Positions 9,355 to 17,496 of a DNA stretch of 31,279 nucleotides are shown piece after piece. Origin of the DNA: Planctomycetota bacterium (GTDB lineage Bacteria > Planctomycetota > GCA-002687715 > DRQF01). Where the stretch lies: positions 1-31,279 of the forward strand of contig JALTLO010000079.1 of the NCBI GenBank assembly GCA_027001995.1, in the 5' to 3' direction. Below the pieces are notes generated by a model that was not told the DNA's origin, made no database searches, and was given only the letters and a program-made list of their open reading frames with translations. Numbering within the stretch: position 1 is the stretch's first letter; each line of letters starts with the position of its first letter. A program made the position numbers and the translations under genes.

Positions 9355-10140
9355 TCAATCCACCAATTCAGGAATGCCGGACTTCGAATCTGGCAAGATC
9401 CCTGATAGAGGGAACTCAACGGTAGTCACTTCACCACCGATATTCACAATATCAACTGCTTCCAACGCTTTCCTTAGGCCTTCTTCAGAAGGATTGCATG
9501 AGTCAATCTCAAGAATAGAAGCACCATTGAAGTGCAGACGTTCCATGACACTGACCTTGTCACACAAGGTGGCATAATTGTGATCAGGTTTGCGGGCAAT
9601 AGCAGTATCGGCGTCAACACCCAGGCGAATGATAAGGGCGGGAAGATGGCGAGCCATCCAGCGGTATAACTGACGCTCTCGAGCTGCCAGCTTGCGAGCT
9701 ATCCAACTCTCCTCGTTGATCCTCTTCAGCCCTGGGCCATCGTAAAAGAAGCCTATAACCTCATCCTGTGGGTAACGGTCAGTGATGACAAAAACACCTT
9801 GTCGGCACAGAGACAACATGCGACGAAACTTATAAGCACGCCACAAAGACAACACGAAAATTGCCACGGTTGTCAGGAGGTCTTGAGTCTTGATCTTTTG
9901 GTCATGACTCCGATCAGCTTTCCGAACGAGATAGCGCTTGATCCGAGGACCGATGATCGGAAGTGTATTGACATAGGTGGCAATATGACCCGAAGACTGT
10001 CCAAGATAGACAATCTTGCTGGGCCCTTCCTGGCTCAAATGTTCAAGCAACTCCGCCGCCATGGTTGATTTGCCAGAACCATCACAGCCAACAATCGCGA
10101 CAATGCGTGGAAGAATTTTGATGCCGGATGTTTGAGGCAA
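9355..10140 (-). CDS. YghR/YghS-like thymidylate-kinase-fold P-loop protein
   Basis: P-loop GCDGSGKST, YLGQSSG, WRAYKFR, TDRYPQ..GFFYDGP and ARKPDH. Start uncertain (TTG 10140 chosen; ORF track extends to 10197). Confidence 0.85.
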   Translation of the reverse strand: MPQTSGIKILPRIVAIVGCDGSGKSTMAAELLEHLSQEGPSKIVYLGQSSGHIATYVNTLPIIGPRIKRYLVRKADRSHDQKIKTQDLLTTVAIFVLSLWRAYKFRRMLSLCRQGVFVITDRYPQDEVIGFFYDGPGLKRINEESWIARKLAARERQLYRWMARHLPALIIRLGVDADTAIARKPDHNYATLCDKVSVMERLHFNGASILEIDSCNPSEEGLRKALEAVDIVNIGGEVTTVEFPLSGILPDSKSGIPELVD

Positions 10141-10465
10141 AGGGTTCGCTTCCGTTAACAAAATACGTTTCGTTCGTTGACAACCTACGACAAACACAAA
10201 CTCAAACCCAACAATTCGTCCCGGCTCCTCGCCAAACTCACGAAGAAACTCCTTTAGTAACTGAAGACTTTAAAATGGAAACTCCAAACAAAACTCAATG
10301 GAGGCATGGGACAAGCGAGTCGTCAAACAACACCCCATGGAGTGAATACCTATTCCAAAAGATCTTCTGAATGCTATGGTGCGGGGCTCAGTCGTTTTGA
10401 TGGGCACGAGAAAGCACGACGTTTCAGAGAGAACCAAATCTCTCACAGTTCCACGGAGTAGCAGC

Positions 10466-11206
10466 ATGCATCTGCAAGAGTTGGCGAAAGCCGGCGAATT
10501 CTTGTTCAAGATCCGAGGCAAGTATCTGAACTATGTGATCATCACCAGCGCTCTCATTGCCTATCTCCGTCAAGATTCCGGACCATTCAACTCGGTAGAT
10601 GGAGATCGTGCTTGGTTCTGGGCCGCGTTTGCTGTGGCCTCGGCCGGTGCATTGTTTCGCATTGTCACCAGCGGACATGCCGCCTTGGGAACTTCCGGTG
10701 TCACTAAGAAAACAGCCGTCGCTGCTGAGCTCAATACCACCGGCCCTTACTCCCTGGTGCGAAATCCGCTTTATGTTGGCCGTATTCTCAACTTCACGGG
10801 AATCGCCATGCTCTCAGGGAGCTGGGAATTTGCCATGTTCATCATGTTTGTCTCGATTTTGGTGTACGAACGCATTTCGGTATACGAAGAAGCCTTCTTG
10901 CTCAAAGAATTCCCAGAAGACCACGAAAAATGGGCAAAAGATGTCCCCTTCCTCTTGCCTCGTTTACGTGGCTGGGTGAAACCGAAGTATCCATTCTGGA
11001 TACGCCGCTGCATCAAACGTGAAGACAAGAAGGTGGTATCTCTCTTCTTCGCCGTAGTTTTGTGCGACTTTGCCTCCCGAGGTTTTGACATCAACAAGTT
11101 GCCTGAGTTTCCCATCTGGTATTATACTTGGGCCTTCGTGTACGTCCTCTACTTGGTGAGTCGCAGCTTGCGCAAGTTCACGAAAACGTTTGATGGGATT
11201 TCCTAA
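10466..11206 (+). CDS. LmtA-like membrane SAM-dependent methyltransferase (ICMT/PEMT family; lipid A 1-phosphate O-methyltransferase-like)
   Basis: GGAG SD before ATG 10466. GEFLFKIR, GTSG..VAAELNTTGPYSLVRNPLYVG and YERI..EEAFL..F....WA..VP..LPRL resemble Leptospira LmtA as I recall it. Confidence 0.75.
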   Translation: MHLQELAKAGEFLFKIRGKYLNYVIITSALIAYLRQDSGPFNSVDGDRAWFWAAFAVASAGALFRIVTSGHAALGTSGVTKKTAVAAELNTTGPYSLVRNPLYVGRILNFTGIAMLSGSWEFAMFIMFVSILVYERISVYEEAFLLKEFPEDHEKWAKDVPFLLPRLRGWVKPKYPFWIRRCIKREDKKVVSLFFAVVLCDFASRGFDINKLPEFPIWYYTWAFVYVLYLVSRSLRKFTKTFDGIS

Positions 11207-11949
11207 TGAGCGACACAAAGAAATCGTTCGCCCCCATGATTGCCATTGTTGGCTGTGACGGATCGGGCAAGTCAACCGTGGGAGAACACATCCTCAATTG
11301 GGTGAGCCGCTACGGTCCAGCAAAATCAGCTCATCTTGGCAAGCAATCTGGAAACCTCGGCCGCTCCCTTATGAGTTTGCCACTGATCGGAAGATGGATC
11401 GAAGGCGTCATTAGCCGTAAGCTCAAGTCTGTTCAATCTTCCAAAGCAAAGAATCAAACCCCAAAAATGTTTCCGGCCTTGGTCATGTACGGATTCACCA
11501 TTCGTCGAGTTCGGCGATTCCGACGCATGATGGCTTTGCGAAAGAAGGGAATGATTGTGGTCACCGACCGCTTTCCCCAACTTGATCAGCCGAAATCATT
11601 CGACGGTCCAGCACTGGATGTGAACGCAAGCGGAAATGCCGTTGTGCGCTGGTTAGCACGAAGAGAACGGGCGGCATTCGAGTGGATGACGAGCCATCAC
11701 CCCGATTTAGTGATCCGCCTCAACGTCGACGTCGAAACCGCTTTCGCCCGCAAGCCAGACCACCGCAAGGACGCGCTTCGCAAGAAGATTGAAGTAGCAC
11801 CCTTGCTAAAATTCAACGGTGCCCCCATCGTCGACATCGAAACTGTTCAGCCATTAGAACGGGTCTTAGAAGAGGCCCGTGCCGCCGTCGACCATACTTT
11901 TGCCGCTCGGGGTTACAGAGCATCGAGCGCCGATTCGAAGAGCGCTTGA
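11206..11949 (+). CDS. yghT: YghT-like thymidylate-kinase-fold P-loop protein
   Basis: GCDGSGKSTVGEH, HLGKQSGN, TDRFPQ, AFEWM..HHPDLVIRLNVD, ARKPDHR and ARGY. TAATG stop/start overlap with the methyltransferase gene. Confidence 0.85.
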   Translation: MSDTKKSFAPMIAIVGCDGSGKSTVGEHILNWVSRYGPAKSAHLGKQSGNLGRSLMSLPLIGRWIEGVISRKLKSVQSSKAKNQTPKMFPALVMYGFTIRRVRRFRRMMALRKKGMIVVTDRFPQLDQPKSFDGPALDVNASGNAVVRWLARRERAAFEWMTSHHPDLVIRLNVDVETAFARKPDHRKDALRKKIEVAPLLKFNGAPIVDIETVQPLERVLEEARAAVDHTFAARGYRASSADSKSA

Positions 11950-11955
11950 AGCCAA

Positions 11956-12573
11956 CTACTTCTTGGATTGCGCCGCCACGTATTCTTTGACCCGGGCAAC
12001 GTGCCCAGGGTTGCCCAAGCCAACGATTTTCGATTCGGCCATGGCAGCATCTGCTTCAACGCCACAATCAAGAGTTAAATAGGCGTACCAAATAGCGCCA
12101 ACGCGGCCACCGACGGCGCAATGCATCAAAGCCTTTCCATCGCGATTATCCCGTAGAACTTTTCGCGCTTGTTCGAAAACCTCGTCGGTCAAGGATGACG
12201 CCATGCCGAAGGGGATGTGATTGTAAGACATACCAAGGCTCTTCACGATGTCCTCTTCTGCAAAGGACTTCATTTCTGGGGGAGTCCGTAAATTGATCAC
12301 CGCTCTTACGCCATAGTCTTTATTTGCCGACTTGAGTGCGGCCTCATCGGGCTGAGACCCGAGGAGAACCCCCCGAGAAAGAAAGACTCGCTTCATCCCA
12401 TCCAAGGAAACCGCCTCGATGGGTTTGATTTCTTCGGTTTCTTCGGTCGCCGTGTTCTTGGCAGAAGTTTGGCCTTCCGTCTTGCTCACCTTCGGTTCAG
12501 AACAAGAAGAGAGAACGAAGCAAGACAAGGTGAGCAAAGCCAAAAGAAATCTGGACATAGTTCGGATGTTCAT
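11956..12573 (-). CDS. DUF442/Blh-type phosphatase/sulfurtransferase-fold lipoprotein
   Basis: Lipobox LSSC, GSQP, VINLR, and the HCAVGGR (C-x4-R) active-site loop. Confidence 0.75.
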   Translation of the reverse strand: MNIRTMSRFLLALLTLSCFVLSSCSEPKVSKTEGQTSAKNTATEETEEIKPIEAVSLDGMKRVFLSRGVLLGSQPDEAALKSANKDYGVRAVINLRTPPEMKSFAEEDIVKSLGMSYNHIPFGMASSLTDEVFEQARKVLRDNRDGKALMHCAVGGRVGAIWYAYLTLDCGVEADAAMAESKIVGLGNPGHVARVKEYVAAQSKK

Positions 12574-12609
12574 TTGGAATCAACTTTCAACAGAGAAGAG
12601 TTCTAAAGG

Positions 12610-13962
12610 TTAGGAAATAACGGCCAAGGGTTTGGTTTTCTTCCAAGCACCTCGGGTAAAATCAGGAAAATTGATGGAAGCACTGCGGTTGGCAACAGAT
12701 TTCTCCGAGAGCGGACTAATCGCCGACCAAGAAACCGCATCGTAGACATCTTGATCCATGGGCTCTCCATGGCGCAGGCAATAGACGACACGCCAGAGCA
12801 TGATAAAGTCCATTCCCCCGTGGCCCCCAGCCTTCTTCGCCACTTCTCCCATGCGTTTCCACAGGGGATGCTCAAATTCGGCACGGAACTTTTTGAGGTC
12901 TTGCCAGCCGTGGGTACTTCCATATCCCTCTACGGCAATCCGTGATGGGAAACCACCAAACGCGCCTTTGGTGCCTTGGATGAAGTTCAATCGATTGTAA
13001 GGACGGGGAGTTGTCGTGTCGTGCTGAACAAGAACACTGCGTCCCAGATTCGTCTTGATCAAGGTCGTATTCATGTCACCACAGGTGTATGTCACTTTGT
13101 TGCGCCCATGATCTTTGTCGAAGTTTGCTTTGGCATAGGCGGCACGCCCTAAAGATGGCGAACTCATGGAGGTCAAGTAATCGAAGCGATCCCCACGATT
13201 GATGTTCATGTATTGAGAGACTGGGCCCAATCCATGAGTTGGATAAAGATTGCCATCGCGCCGGGTGTGATGCCCCGTCCGCCAGGATCCCGTACCCCGC
13301 TCTATTTCCTTCATCTGGAAACGTAAATCGTGGATGTAGGCCGCCTCCCCATGGGTGAGTTCGCCAAAAAGACCCTTGCGACACATGTTCAAGACCATGA
13401 GTTCATCACGGCCGTAGCAGACGTTCTCTAACATCATGCAATGTTTGCGCGTCTTCTCCGCCACATCAACCAAACGCCAACAGTCTTCGACCGTCAGGGC
13501 TGCGGGTACTTCGATAAATGCGTGAATGCCAGCCTCCATAGCTTCTAGGGCTTGAGGTGTGTGCCAACGCCATGGAGTGGAAATGATCACGATATCAATG
13601 TCATCTCTTTCGAACATGCGACGATAATCGTGTTCGCCAGCAGTATAAATATCCGGTTTTTTGCGCCCGGCATCGACGCAGCGTTTCTGACTTTGCAAAG
13701 CCGTTGGTTCGTGGTTGTCACAGATGGCCTTGATGTCAACGCCTTCGAGACTCAACATGCGGGCCACGTGACCTGATCCCCGTGCGCCGACTCCAATAAA
13801 AGCAGCACGGACCCTCTCCATGGGAGGACAAACCAAGCCGGCAACGCCCTCTCGTTTCATGTTCGTCTCTTGGGGCCGCCCTAAGCTTGATGCCAAGCCA
13901 GGAAGAACAAGGCCGGCTCCAACGGAAGACTTGATGAATTCGCGACGGCTCAGATCGGACAT
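12610..13962 (-). CDS. GH109 NAD+-dependent alpha-N-acetylgalactosaminidase-like (Gfo/Idh/MocA), Tat-exported
   Basis: SRREFIK Tat motif, GVGARG Rossmann fold, [24 protein letters not shown] and GGHGGMD. GGAG SD before ATG 13962. Confidence 0.9.
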   Translation of the reverse strand: MSDLSRREFIKSSVGAGLVLPGLASSLGRPQETNMKREGVAGLVCPPMERVRAAFIGVGARGSGHVARMLSLEGVDIKAICDNHEPTALQSQKRCVDAGRKKPDIYTAGEHDYRRMFERDDIDIVIISTPWRWHTPQALEAMEAGIHAFIEVPAALTVEDCWRLVDVAEKTRKHCMMLENVCYGRDELMVLNMCRKGLFGELTHGEAAYIHDLRFQMKEIERGTGSWRTGHHTRRDGNLYPTHGLGPVSQYMNINRGDRFDYLTSMSSPSLGRAAYAKANFDKDHGRNKVTYTCGDMNTTLIKTNLGRSVLVQHDTTTPRPYNRLNFIQGTKGAFGGFPSRIAVEGYGSTHGWQDLKKFRAEFEHPLWKRMGEVAKKAGGHGGMDFIMLWRVVYCLRHGEPMDQDVYDAVSWSAISPLSEKSVANRSASINFPDFTRGAWKKTKPLAVIS

Positions 13963-14293
13963 GTTCCAGCTCCAAAGATACGTTTGTGGGGCGATCATAC
14001 CGTTCGGCGAGGAGGCCGTCGAGGGTCGCCGACGGTCATTGTGCCGAAGTCGGCTCGAAATAGGGAGAATAGCGTAGAAGATCATGCACCTCGACTTTCG
14101 ACATCGTGCCGAAAGTCAGCCCAAGGGCCTCAATTCGAAGTTTCCAGAAATTGACAAATGAGATACCCTCATTCCCGTGAACAAGAATCTCCGAAAGGGA
14201 GATCACGGGAGACATTCCCCATCAAGGTCGGTGCCAGGACAGTTCAAAGAAAATGGGTCTTCGAAAGTACACCCCGCGAGAAGGAGATTAACT

Positions 14294-14503
14294 GTGGATC
14301 TGAGCACAGGAACCCTCATGGCCCACATCATTCTTGGTTCGATCGGTATGGGATATTTCATCTACGGAAGAAAAGAAGGACGTTTCGTTGCCATGGCCTG
14401 TGGAGGCGGTCTGATGCTCATGCCTTACCTAGCCCCGAACACCCTCGTTCTCTTACTCGCGAGTGCAATCTTACTTTGGGCGCCCTTCCGCTGGCGCCTA
14501 TAG
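14294..14503 (+). CDS. Small (69 aa) hydrophobic membrane protein of the 'GSIGMGYFIYG+K...LM..PY' family
   Basis: AAGGAG SD at 14281 before GTG 14294. Three hydrophobic segments. Motif seen in small proteins often labelled 'amino acid transport protein'. Confidence 0.75.
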   Translation: MDLSTGTLMAHIILGSIGMGYFIYGRKEGRFVAMACGGGLMLMPYLAPNTLVLLLASAILLWAPFRWRL

Positions 14504-14639
14504 CTCACCATCAACGCTTCGCCACTCTATCGCGATCCAGACAGAGTGACCGCCGGAGATTGCTGAGCTGCCACCTTCAACCGCGTTGTCATATTTCTCT
14601 CAATCATGGTGCCAAACGAACACCTCATGCCAAGCATGG

Positions 14640-14668
14640 GCTAATTCAAGATCACATTTTGAATTAGC
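14640..14668. repeat. Perfect 10-bp inverted repeat between convergent genes (terminator or operator)
   Basis: GCTAATTCAA (14640-14649), 9-nt spacer, TTGAATTAGC (14659-14668). Confidence 0.55.
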
Positions 14669-14744
14669 TTATATCGATACGAGCACCCCCCCGTGCCGCC
14701 CCCTCATACTACAACGCCAAGCTTCGAATCTCGTATCCTAAGAA

Positions 14745-15260
14745 TCACTTGGGGCGGCCATACCAAGGGTCATCCATGGAGAGTTGTCGAAGACCGCCGG
14801 GGAAGCGCTCTTGGAGGCGAGCGTATTCGGCCTGGCCTTCTTCTGCTGGAACCCAAGGGTGCAGAAAGTAGACACGCTCAACACGCACCTGAAGCATCTC
14901 TTTGATACAGCCAAAACAAGGTTGCATGGTGGTGTAAACGTCAGCGCCTTCCACTGAAATTCCGAAGCGAGCTGCGGCCAAGAGAGCATTTTGCTCAGCG
15001 TGAACGCAAATGCACAAATCGTAGGCCTGCCCCTTGGGGTAGAGCTCCCGGTTGCTGCATCGATGGCAGCCGCCGTCCAAACAGTTCGTCATGCCTGAAG
15101 GAGTGCCGTTATAACCCGTTGAGACAATGCGATTGTCCTTCACAACAATAGCGCCAACACGACTCCCACGACAATTCGCCCGGCCCCGAACGGCCATGGC
15201 AATACCCATGTAGTACTCTTCTCGACTTGGCAAGGAATCAGGAATGTTGGTTGTGCTCAT
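14745..15260 (-). CDS. dCMP deaminase (ComEB-like cytidine/deoxycytidylate deaminase)
   Basis: VGAIVVKDNRIVSTGYNGTP, HAEQNA and PCFGC zinc motifs. Confidence 0.92.
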   Translation of the reverse strand: MSTTNIPDSLPSREEYYMGIAMAVRGRANCRGSRVGAIVVKDNRIVSTGYNGTPSGMTNCLDGGCHRCSNRELYPKGQAYDLCICVHAEQNALLAAARFGISVEGADVYTTMQPCFGCIKEMLQVRVERVYFLHPWVPAEEGQAEYARLQERFPGGLRQLSMDDPWYGRPK

Positions 15261-15263
15261 TGA

Positions 15264-17474
15264 TTAGTTTCCATGTAACTTGAGGTCTGGACTCTTACCA
15301 TCGTTCTTAACATAGCGATCTAACCACATCCTCGTCAGGTCAGCGACTTCTTTTCGGTGCTCAGAGAGACCATGGTCGCTACCTGCCAGCATCATCAAAC
15401 GATAAGGGTGCTTCACCTTTTGCAGAGCCTCGGCCAAGGACAAACTGGAGCCTGGGAGAATACGCCAATCGGCCGTACCATGAAGAATGAGAAGAGGTCC
15501 TTTGCTCTTGAGCTTCTCTGGCCAAGCCACAACCGAGCGAGCACGTAGAGTTGTATCTCCCAAACGATCGTAGTCGGGAATGAGATCACGGAACACCGTC
15601 TCCATCTCCCCCCTCTCTTGACGCCAGCGAACCAAGTCCGAAAGACCGGCACGAACCACCGCCGCTTTGATCCTGTCGGTGGCTTTCATGGTGAGGTAGG
15701 TCATCATGCCACCACGGCTTCCACCTCTGATTCCAATGCGCGTAGCATCAGCATTGGGCAGACTTTCAAGAAGAGGAATGAGATTAAGAACATCGTGGAC
15801 TTCCGCACCCCCGAATTCTTCAATGCCCGTGCCCCCGGCAACGCCCCGGTAGTTGCTTCCCACCACAACGTAACCCCAGCTTGCGATCTTGCCCATGATG
15901 GCAACACGTTGGCGATCCGTGATTTGGCCAAAATCGCGGTTGCCACCTCGGAGATAAATCACACAAGGGTACTTTCCAGGTTTCTTTGGTTGGGCGATCA
16001 CGCCCGTGACCTCCAAACAGTTGCTGCGATAGGTCATGTTGTCGATCTTGACGTCGTTGAGAAAGTCATATTTTTTGTCGAGATAACGTCTGCTGCGCTG
16101 CCAAGTTTTCGACAGCAAGATTTTGCCATTGTCCTTACCTGGATCCACCAAGAGGGCGTTTGGATCAAGGACGGCCCCTCTGGCTACGACCCGATGAATG
16201 GCCTGAAGATTGGCCACACTCAAACGCGGATCAGCGTTCAAGATCAAGATATCCCCGCGTTTCCCGGCCTGCACTTGGCCAAGTTCATACCAACGATAGG
16301 CTTTGGCATAGTTAGAGGTAGCACAGGCCAAAGCTTCACGGGGAGTCATACCCCAGCGCACCAAGGACGCTAATTCTGTGTGAAGAGAAATACCCGGCAT
16401 GGTGCCCCAAACATCTGTACCACTGCCTGCCAAATACTTGCAGCCAGCAGCGCGGTTCGATTTCTCAATATGCTCCGTAGCCCTCGCTAAAGCCCGGTAA
16501 GCTGCGAGTTGATCGAGAGTCCAATTAGGAATCCCAGTGGTCTTACTGGCTGGCCGGTTCACATCTTTGGGATCAATCAATGAGGCCGCGGGATAAGTCC
16601 AAGGATTCCGGGCGTGGGGTCGATGCAAATAGAGCAAACCAGCAGTTGGAATGATAAATGAATCCGATTTGGCCAAGCGCTTGGAGTAGGACACAATTTG
16701 AGGATCCTCAGCATCCAAGCTTGATAGCCAACGATAGTACTTCCATTTCGGACTGTGAAGCTCGTTGCTGAATGGTTCTTGAGCAATGCCCGCGATCATC
16801 TCGTCATTGGCCATCCCGAGGGAATAGCGTGTTGTATGAACGAAGGCGTCCACGCCATAATTCATACCATCGACATAACGAGACCGGGCGAGTTCACCGA
16901 TGGTGGCCAACCCCAATTCTTTCGCACGGCGAGTTAGGAGCCTCAGCTTTTCTGGGGTAAGGCTGTACATCAAAAGAGCGACTTTCACATCGTCTTTAGC
17001 GATCGTCTCCAAGCGTTCGAGTAGTTCGTCTTCTGTTTTCTCTTCAAAACCCACGTCTTCCAAGCGATAGATTGTCGGCCCAGGATCAGCGTCACGAAAA
17101 AGAGGGCCTCGTCGCCCGCCACTCACCCCCACAATCGTTGTGACACCCATGGCCAGGTAGGCCTGGGCGTAGGCTTGGTTATTAAGAACAGCAAACCCGT
17201 CCACCAAACCTGGGGTAATGAACTTACCTGCAGCGTTGATCTTGAAGAAACCTGAAGGCACGGTTATTTCTGCGGAGGGCCCGACGGCAGTGATACGCCC
17301 ATCTTTAACCAAAATCGTTTGGCCCGTCTTGTCGTTCGTCGATCGACCGAAATTGCTGACGTCTATGAGAGTGCCACCAACAATGGCCAAGCGACTCTGG
17401 GCCTTGGCAACATGAGGTGCCAGAACCAGCACAACCAGGGCCAGGAGCAAGAGTTTTCTTGATTGAACGACCAT
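15264..17474 (-). CDS. Secreted fusion of an amidohydrolase-like domain and an S9 prolyl-oligopeptidase-family hydrolase
   Basis: Signal peptide (AKA-Q). DGRITAVG..GKFITPGLVD, GVTTI, GTD, ELASLV..GMTPREAL and GKRGDILIL mark the amidohydrolase fold. The C-terminal domain has GGSRGG, HGTAD and DHGL (Ser-Asp-His). Start 17474 follows GAGG. Confidence 0.85.
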   Translation of the reverse strand: MVVQSRKLLLLALVVLVLAPHVAKAQSRLAIVGGTLIDVSNFGRSTNDKTGQTILVKDGRITAVGPSAEITVPSGFFKINAAGKFITPGLVDGFAVLNNQAYAQAYLAMGVTTIVGVSGGRRGPLFRDADPGPTIYRLEDVGFEEKTEDELLERLETIAKDDVKVALLMYSLTPEKLRLLTRRAKELGLATIGELARSRYVDGMNYGVDAFVHTTRYSLGMANDEMIAGIAQEPFSNELHSPKWKYYRWLSSLDAEDPQIVSYSKRLAKSDSFIIPTAGLLYLHRPHARNPWTYPAASLIDPKDVNRPASKTTGIPNWTLDQLAAYRALARATEHIEKSNRAAGCKYLAGSGTDVWGTMPGISLHTELASLVRWGMTPREALACATSNYAKAYRWYELGQVQAGKRGDILILNADPRLSVANLQAIHRVVARGAVLDPNALLVDPGKDNGKILLSKTWQRSRRYLDKKYDFLNDVKIDNMTYRSNCLEVTGVIAQPKKPGKYPCVIYLRGGNRDFGQITDRQRVAIMGKIASWGYVVVGSNYRGVAGGTGIEEFGGAEVHDVLNLIPLLESLPNADATRIGIRGGSRGGMMTYLTMKATDRIKAAVVRAGLSDLVRWRQERGEMETVFRDLIPDYDRLGDTTLRARSVVAWPEKLKSKGPLLILHGTADWRILPGSSLSLAEALQKVKHPYRLMMLAGSDHGLSEHRKEVADLTRMWLDRYVKNDGKSPDLKLHGN

Positions 17475-17496
17475 GAGTTTCATCCTCTTTTGATTC

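Noticed and set aside
9355..11949. Housekeeping thymidylate kinase (tmk)
   Set aside because: Motifs fit the Ygh family (GCDGSGKS, RKPDH, hydrophobic inserts); there is no TREP motif.
11956..12573. DUF442 lipoprotein as the phosphatase of the ygh module
   Set aside because: It is convergent, exported and co-oriented with the GH109 gene; adjacency alone is insufficient.
14157..14210. Fur box or c-di-GMP riboswitch
   Set aside because: Dyad spacing (N5) does not fit Fur, and the GEMM core (GGCAAA..GACGCAAA) is absent.
14745..15260. Deaminase as an anti-phage dCTP deaminase (AvcD-like)
   Set aside because: Short stand-alone ComEB-type protein with no P-loop domain and no defence-island context.
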